From NCBI GenBank assembly GCA_964410635.1, contig CAYPHX010000001.1:486-64485 (forward strand): a stretch of 64,000 nucleotides of DNA. The letters are read 5' to 3'. The position numbers and the translations under genes were made by a program. The notes below the pieces were generated by a model that ran no database searches, had not been told where the DNA came from, and saw nothing but the letters and a program-made list of their open reading frames with translations. The DNA comes from an uncultured Erysipelothrix sp. (GTDB lineage: Bacteria; Bacillota_I; Bacilli_A; Erysipelotrichales; Erysipelotrichaceae). Numbering within the stretch: position 1 is the first letter of the stretch; each line of letters begins with the position of its first letter. Shown here one piece after another: positions 59,391 through 64,000 of the stretch.

Positions 59391-59788
59391 AGTGAATCTA
59401 AAACTCCATTAATAAGTCTATATGAATTTTCATCAGCATACATCTTAGAAAGATTGACTGCCTCATTTACTATAATAGCTTTCTCTTGGAAACCTTGTTC
59501 AAATTCTGCAAGTGCTAAAAGTAAGATTGCTTGTTCTAAACGTCCTAAGCGATCAAATCTCCAGCCTTTTCTTATCTTGGAATCAATTACTTTTATATAG
59601 ATTTCATGTCTTTCTTCAACACGATAACATGCATCTTGTAATTCTTCATCCAATGGTAAGGGGTGTATGAATGTATTGACTGAAGATGCAAATGCATTAT
59701 CAGCAAGTATTTCATCAATATCTTTTTGTGTCATCAAATACATGTAAATGATGGCCACTGCGTTTTGTCTATATTCTCTTCTACTCAT
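59387..59788 (-). CDS. nusB: Transcription antitermination factor NusB
   Basis: SRREYR, WRFDRL, NEAVNLSK, INGVLD. Confidence 0.95.
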   Translation of the reverse strand: MSRREYRQNAVAIIYMYLMTQKDIDEILADNAFASSVNTFIHPLPLDEELQDACYRVEERHEIYIKVIDSKIRKGWRFDRLGRLEQAILLLALAEFEQGFQEKAIIVNEAVNLSKMYADENSYRLINGVLDSL

Positions 59789-59802
59789 GAAGCCTCCACA
59801 TT

Positions 59803-59826
59803 AAAAGAAGCAGTTCGTCTGCTTCT
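59803..59826 (-). terminator. Terminator-like hairpin between asp23 and nusB
   Basis: AGAAGCAG/CTGCTTCT stem with T4 on the - strand. Confidence 0.6.
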
Positions 59827-60154
59827 AGTCAAATTTAAAACCAACAACGTTAAAATTAATAACAGGATTATGATAATCTACCATTAATTGTAGTTGTTTA
59901 ATCAGTTCTTTTTGTAAGGATACGCAAGATTTTTCTACATCTTGGCCGTATTGAACTCTAACCTTTAGTAAAACTTCAAGATTATTATCTTTAAAATCGA
60001 TTGTAGGCGTTGTTTTTAAGCCGCGAATCTCATCAAAAAAGACATTTTTATCTTGATCAATAGCTGTTTGAATAATCTCATTAATAACGCTGGTTGAAAT
60101 AGCAATTTGTCCCAGACCTTCGTTCTTTTCTTGAATTAATAAATAATCTTTCAT
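59825..60154 (-). CDS. Asp23/Gls24 family protein (YqhY-like)
   Basis: LGQIAISTSVI, VRVQYG, INFNVVG; upstream of nusB. Confidence 0.85.
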   Translation of the reverse strand: MKDYLLIQEKNEGLGQIAISTSVINEIIQTAIDQDKNVFFDEIRGLKTTPTIDFKDNNLEVLLKVRVQYGQDVEKSCVSLQKELIKQLQLMVDYHNPVINFNVVGFKFD

Positions 60155-60212
60155 ATTATCACCTATTCCAATTATAACATTAAAGAAATTAAAACTAAAG
60201 AATTTATAGCTT

Positions 60213-61139
60213 CTATTTTAGTTTCTCTCTTGCAATCTTTTCATCACTTTTCATTTGCGTAATCAATTCATCAATCGAGTTGAATTTTAGCTCATCACGA
60301 ATTCTAAATGCGAATTCTTGGTGAATCACTTCTCCATAAATAAGCTCATCAAAATCTAACAAATGTGTTTCAACAGAAATATCATCTCTTGTATTAAATG
60401 TTGGATTGTATCCAATATTTATAATACTTTGGTGGCGTCTACCATCAACGATTGTATAACCTGCATAGACACCTGTTTTCGGTAAAACAAACTCATCGTA
60501 TATATCAAGGTTTGCGGTTGGAAAACCAATCTTTCGTCCTTGTTTAGCGCCATCTATGACGATACCACTTAAACGATAATTACGCCCTAAGAGTTCACTT
60601 GCTTTATCAACTTTACCATTAAGGATCGCTTGTGTTACTTGTGTTGATCCAATTTTCTCTTTTGAATCTTCTTTGATTTCAATGATATGTGTGTTTAATA
60701 CATGTTCAAACTCATTTTTTAGTAAATCAACATTACCTTGTCCTCTAAAACCAAATTTGAAATCTCGTCCAACTACTAAATCAGTAATACCAAGACCCAT
60801 TAAAACTTTATAAATAAAGTCTTCAGGTGATAAACCTGATAGATTGTGATCAAAGTTAAGGATAATAACTTCATCCAGACCCAATTCTTCTAAAATTTCT
60901 AATTTAGTCTTAAGTGGTGTGATATGTTTTACATTGCTTTTTTTATGAATTACAGCCCATGGATCGGGATTGAATGTAATGAGCATTGCGTTTTCATTGT
61001 TTTCTTTAGCAAGTTTTATGGTTTTGTTTATCAGTGCTTGATGACCTAAATGTAGTCCATCAAAGAAGCCGATACAGGCGACTGATTTATCTTTTCTTAG
61101 GCCGATTTGACCAATTGTATTAATCATTGTTCTTTTCAT
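60213..61139 (-). CDS. ribF: Riboflavin kinase/FAD synthetase
   Basis: IGFFDGLHLGH, GRDFKFG, GRKIGFPTAN, ETHLLDF. Confidence 0.98.
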   Translation of the reverse strand: MKRTMINTIGQIGLRKDKSVACIGFFDGLHLGHQALINKTIKLAKENNENAMLITFNPDPWAVIHKKSNVKHITPLKTKLEILEELGLDEVIILNFDHNLSGLSPEDFIYKVLMGLGITDLVVGRDFKFGFRGQGNVDLLKNEFEHVLNTHIIEIKEDSKEKIGSTQVTQAILNGKVDKASELLGRNYRLSGIVIDGAKQGRKIGFPTANLDIYDEFVLPKTGVYAGYTIVDGRRHQSIINIGYNPTFNTRDDISVETHLLDFDELIYGEVIHQEFAFRIRDELKFNSIDELITQMKSDEKIAREKLK

Positions 61140-61972
61140 TACCATAATCCTCTTTTACTTCTAAATATATTGCCATCTTCACGCTCATAAACAGCAAAGT
61201 ATTCTCCACCATCAATAAGCACAACATCATCTTTTGTTTCTAATTCTATTCTATGTCCAAATGAAACTGCTTTAGATAAACTTGCATCTTCAATTCTTGG
61301 AAGTACAATCGCATCCTTTGTGGGAATGGGTTCTAAAACATCAGGCAGTGCATCAAGATCCAATGCATCCTTAACTGAAAAACGGCCAATCGATGTCCGT
61401 TCTAATGCAGACATTGTGCCCAGTTCACCTAAGTATTCAGCAATATCTTCACATAGGGTTCTGATATATGTCCCATTTGATACATGTGCTTTTATTTTAA
61501 ATGAGTATGCATCTACTTCTAACAGCTCAATATCATATACTTCTATATCAGTATATTGTGTTTCAACAGCGATTCCTTCTCGATGGTATTCCATGAGTTT
61601 TTTACCGTTTACTTTTTTTGCTGAAACCATGGGTACGCGTTGACTTTGTTTCTTAGTGAAAAACTTCAAAGCTTCTTTGAGTTTATCTTGATCGATTACT
61701 TGTGGCTTCTTCTCTTCTATAGTTTCGCCCCAAATATCACCTGTGTCTGTTTTAAGTCCAAGCTGACATGTTGCAGTATAGACTTTATCTTCGGCTTCGA
61801 TGTAGTTTAAAGCTTTTGTAGCCTTATTTACTGCAACAATTAGAAGTCCAGTTGCGTTGGGATCCAGTGTACCGCTGTGTCCCAATTTAACTTTATACTT
61901 GAATTTTAATTGTCTTAGTACATCGAAGGATGTCATGTTTTGTTTTTTATTGATGCAAATAATGCCATCCAT
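61139..61972 (-). CDS. truB: tRNA pseudouridine-55 synthase
   Basis: GHSGTLDPNATG, TDTGD, SNGTYIRTL. Confidence 0.97.
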   Translation of the reverse strand: MDGIICINKKQNMTSFDVLRQLKFKYKVKLGHSGTLDPNATGLLIVAVNKATKALNYIEAEDKVYTATCQLGLKTDTGDIWGETIEEKKPQVIDQDKLKEALKFFTKKQSQRVPMVSAKKVNGKKLMEYHREGIAVETQYTDIEVYDIELLEVDAYSFKIKAHVSNGTYIRTLCEDIAEYLGELGTMSALERTSIGRFSVKDALDLDALPDVLEPIPTKDAIVLPRIEDASLSKAVSFGHRIELETKDDVVLIDGGEYFAVYEREDGNIFRSKRGLW

Positions 61973-61999
61973 AGTTCTCACTCTTTCAATTTAAGGTTC

Positions 62000-62029
62000 A
62001 AAAAGAGAATTCTAAACTAGAATTCTCTT
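62000..62029 (-). terminator. Intrinsic terminator after rbfA
   Basis: AAGAGAATTCTA/TAGAATTCTCTT with T run on the - strand. Confidence 0.75.
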
Positions 62030-62036
62030 GAATATT

Positions 62037-62381
62037 TTAAGCTTCTTCTTCTTTAATTTTATTTAGGATCATATCAATTTTAGTTCCGCGTTCGCTGGAC
62101 TCATCTAATTTAATATGAATTTCAGGCACACGTCGGGTTGTAATTGATTTACTGATTACTGTACGTAATAATCCGCGTGATTTTTGAAGAACTTCTAGCC
62201 CTTTTGCTTTGTCTTCGTCTTTAATAAAACTTACAAAGACATTAGCATGGGACAAGTCATCACTAACTTCAACATCTGTAACATTTACAAAGTTCAATGC
62301 TGGATCATTTAGTTCTGTTGTAATAGTTTTTGCGATTTGTCGTTTGATAATTGATTCTAGTCTTTCTTTTCTAACACTCAT
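62037..62381 (-). CDS. rbfA: Ribosome-binding factor A
   Basis: VTDVEVSDDLSHA, RRVPEI, DES. Confidence 0.96.
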   Translation of the reverse strand: MSVRKERLESIIKRQIAKTITTELNDPALNFVNVTDVEVSDDLSHANVFVSFIKDEDKAKGLEVLQKSRGLLRTVISKSITTRRVPEIHIKLDESSERGTKIDMILNKIKEEEA

Positions 62382-62385
62382 AGTA

Positions 62386-64000
62386 TTATGCCTCCTGTGC
62401 TACTTCTTCTTCTCCATGTGATTCAATAATATCGCCTTCTTTAATATCATTAAAGTTAGCAATTGTAATTCCACATTCGAAACCTTGGTTTACAGTTTTC
62501 GCATCGTTTTGGAATCGTTTTAGTGAAGACATTTTACCTTCATAAATTACAATACCATCACGTATTAGGCGAATATCGCTATCTGATACCATTTTACCAT
62601 CTGTAACCATACATCCGGCAATTGTACCAATTTTAGATACTTTATATGTTTGACGTACTTCAGCTTGTCCAAAGATTACTTCTTCAAATACTGGAGCCAT
62701 CATACCTTTCATTGCTGATTCTAATGCTTCAATCGCATGATAAATAACATTGTAGAGTCTAATATCTACTTTCTTCTCTTCAGCTAAGTTTCTAACTGCA
62801 GCTGTAGGACGAATGTTAAATCCAATAATAATTGCGCCTGATGCACTTGCTAGAAGAACATCACTTTCAGTGATTGTTCCAGCTGTTGATCGGATAACAT
62901 TAATTCTTACTTCGTCTGAAGTAATTCTTTCAAGACTTGCTTTTAGAGCTTCTGCAGAACCTTGAACATCAGTTTTAATAACTAAGTTAATGTCTTGCAT
63001 ATTACCTTCAGCAATTTGCTTAGATAAGTCTTCTAAGTTTAATGCACTTGAATGTGATCTTTCTTGTTCAACACGAGCAATATTACGTTTTTCAGCCATT
63101 GTACGTGCTTCTTTATCATCTTTATAGACTCTAAATGGATCACCTGCGACTGGAACATCTTGTAAACCAATAACTTCAACTGGCATAGATGGTCCTGCAG
63201 ATTCAAGTTCAACACCATTACTGTCTGTCATCTTACGGATACGACCGAATGTTGTACCGATAACAATGGAGTCACCTGTTTTAAGTGTACCATTTTGAAC
63301 GAGTAATGTTGCGACAGGTCCACGACCTTTATCAAGTTTAGCTTCAATAACTGAACCTACTGCTACTCTGTTTGGATTTGCTTTTAATTCTTCTAATTCT
63401 GCAGCAAGAATGATTGTATCGAGTAACTCGTCAATTCCTTCTCCAGTTTTAGCTGATATTTTTACGAATACTGTATCGCCGCCCCACTCTTCAGGCATAA
63501 CTTGTAAGTCTGCAAGTTCTGAGTAAATACGGTCAAAGTTTGCACCTTCGCGGTCAATCTTGTTGATTGCAATGATTAATGGTACACCTGCTGCTTTAGC
63601 ATGGTCAATTGCTTCGCGTGTTTGTGGCATAACACCATCATCCGCTGCAACAACTACAATAACAATATCTGTAACACTTGCTCCACGTGCACGCATCGCT
63701 GTAAAAGCCTCATGCCCTGGTGTATCCAAGAATGTTAGTTTTTTACCATCTCTAGTGATTTGGTAAGCACCGATATGTTGTGTAATTCCACCAGCTTCGC
63801 CTTCAGCAACATCTGCCTTACGGATTGTGTCTAAAGTTGTTGTTTTACCATGGTCAACGTGTCCCATGATTGTAATGATTGGAGGACGTGACATGAGGTC
63901 TTCCTCTTTATCTTCGACATCATCAACCAGTGCCAACTCATCTACGGGTTCAACACGTGTTGGTTCAACTTCATATTCCATACATATTAATTCAACTGTA
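62386..64000 (-). CDS. infB: Translation initiation factor IF-2, 5' end outside the window
   Basis: [28 protein letters not shown]; frame open to the window edge. Confidence 0.99.
   Translation of the reverse strand, partial: TVELICMEYEVEPTRVEPVDELALVDDVEDKEEDLMSRPPIITIMGHVDHGKTTTLDTIRKADVAEGEAGGITQHIGAYQITRDGKKLTFLDTPGHEAFTAMRARGASVTDIVIVVVAADDGVMPQTREAIDHAKAAGVPLIIAINKIDREGANFDRIYSELADLQVMPEEWGGDTVFVKISAKTGEGIDELLDTIILAAELEELKANPNRVAVGSVIEAKLDKGRGPVATLLVQNGTLKTGDSIVIGTTFGRIRKMTDSNGVELESAGPSMPVEVIGLQDVPVAGDPFRVYKDDKEARTMAEKRNIARVEQERSHSSALNLEDLSKQIAEGNMQDINLVIKTDVQGSAEALKASLERITSDEVRINVIRSTAGTITESDVLLASASGAIIIGFNIRPTAAVRNLAEEKKVDIRLYNVIYHAIEALESAMKGMMAPVFEEVIFGQAEVRQTYKVSKIGTIAGCMVTDGKMVSDSDIRLIRDGIVIYEGKMSSLKRFQNDAKTVNQGFECGITIANFNDIKEGDIIESHGEEEVAQEA

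Noticed and set aside
2012-63766. Many short antisense or alternate-frame ORFs (e.g. 2012-2410, 6389-6808, 22950-23474, 29937-30320, 61320-61643)
   Set aside because: They are shadows of conserved genes, with no recognisable motifs or convincing SD.
1-64000. CRISPR arrays, tRNA/rRNA genes, IS elements, UGA recoding
   Set aside because: Intergenic gaps are short and accounted for, no repeat-spacer pattern or transposase was seen, and conserved genes read through intact in code 11.

Overview
Core-genome window of a low-GC Firmicute using the standard genetic code. Gene content and protein style suggest Erysipelotrichaceae/Erysipelothrix (inference). It spans the probable replication terminus: nearly all genes from 1 to 50.2 kb are on +, all genes after 50.3 kb are on -, and a 28-bp dif site (50236-50263) lies at the switch, about 1.2 kb from xerD. 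The + arm holds rpsB-tsf-pyrH-frr-uppS-cdsA-rseP, hflX, an ACT/DUF711 operon, ymfFH, thyA-folA-pdp-scpAB-rluB-rsmE-deoC, rpsU, phoH with a PhoPR-like pair, ybeY-dgkA-cdd-era-recO-glyQS-dnaG-sigA-trmK-cshB-pbp, rpmG, a compact comG operon, efp, an FMN riboswitch with ribU, and cmk-der-gpsA-hup (pncB is the only - gene here). The - arm holds infB-rbfA-truB-ribF-asp23-nusB-xseAB-ispA-dxs-like-recN-dinB-xerD-deoB. I saw no IS, prophage, CRISPR, rRNA or tRNA. Best leads: (1) a candidate competence regulon, with an identically spaced AGGA-N18-TACTTT motif before both comGA and an uncharacterised exported DUF5011 protein next to dif, and apparent ATC start codons behind strong Shine-Dalgarno sites in comGF and that gene; (2) an EF-P with Met instead of the modifiable Lys32, while ymfI and ynbB are missing from their usual positions; (3) an intact but apparently catalytically dead DXS homologue, in a region where dxr, ispH and ispG are absent from their usual positions. 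All comparisons to known families were made by eye from remembered motifs, not by database search.
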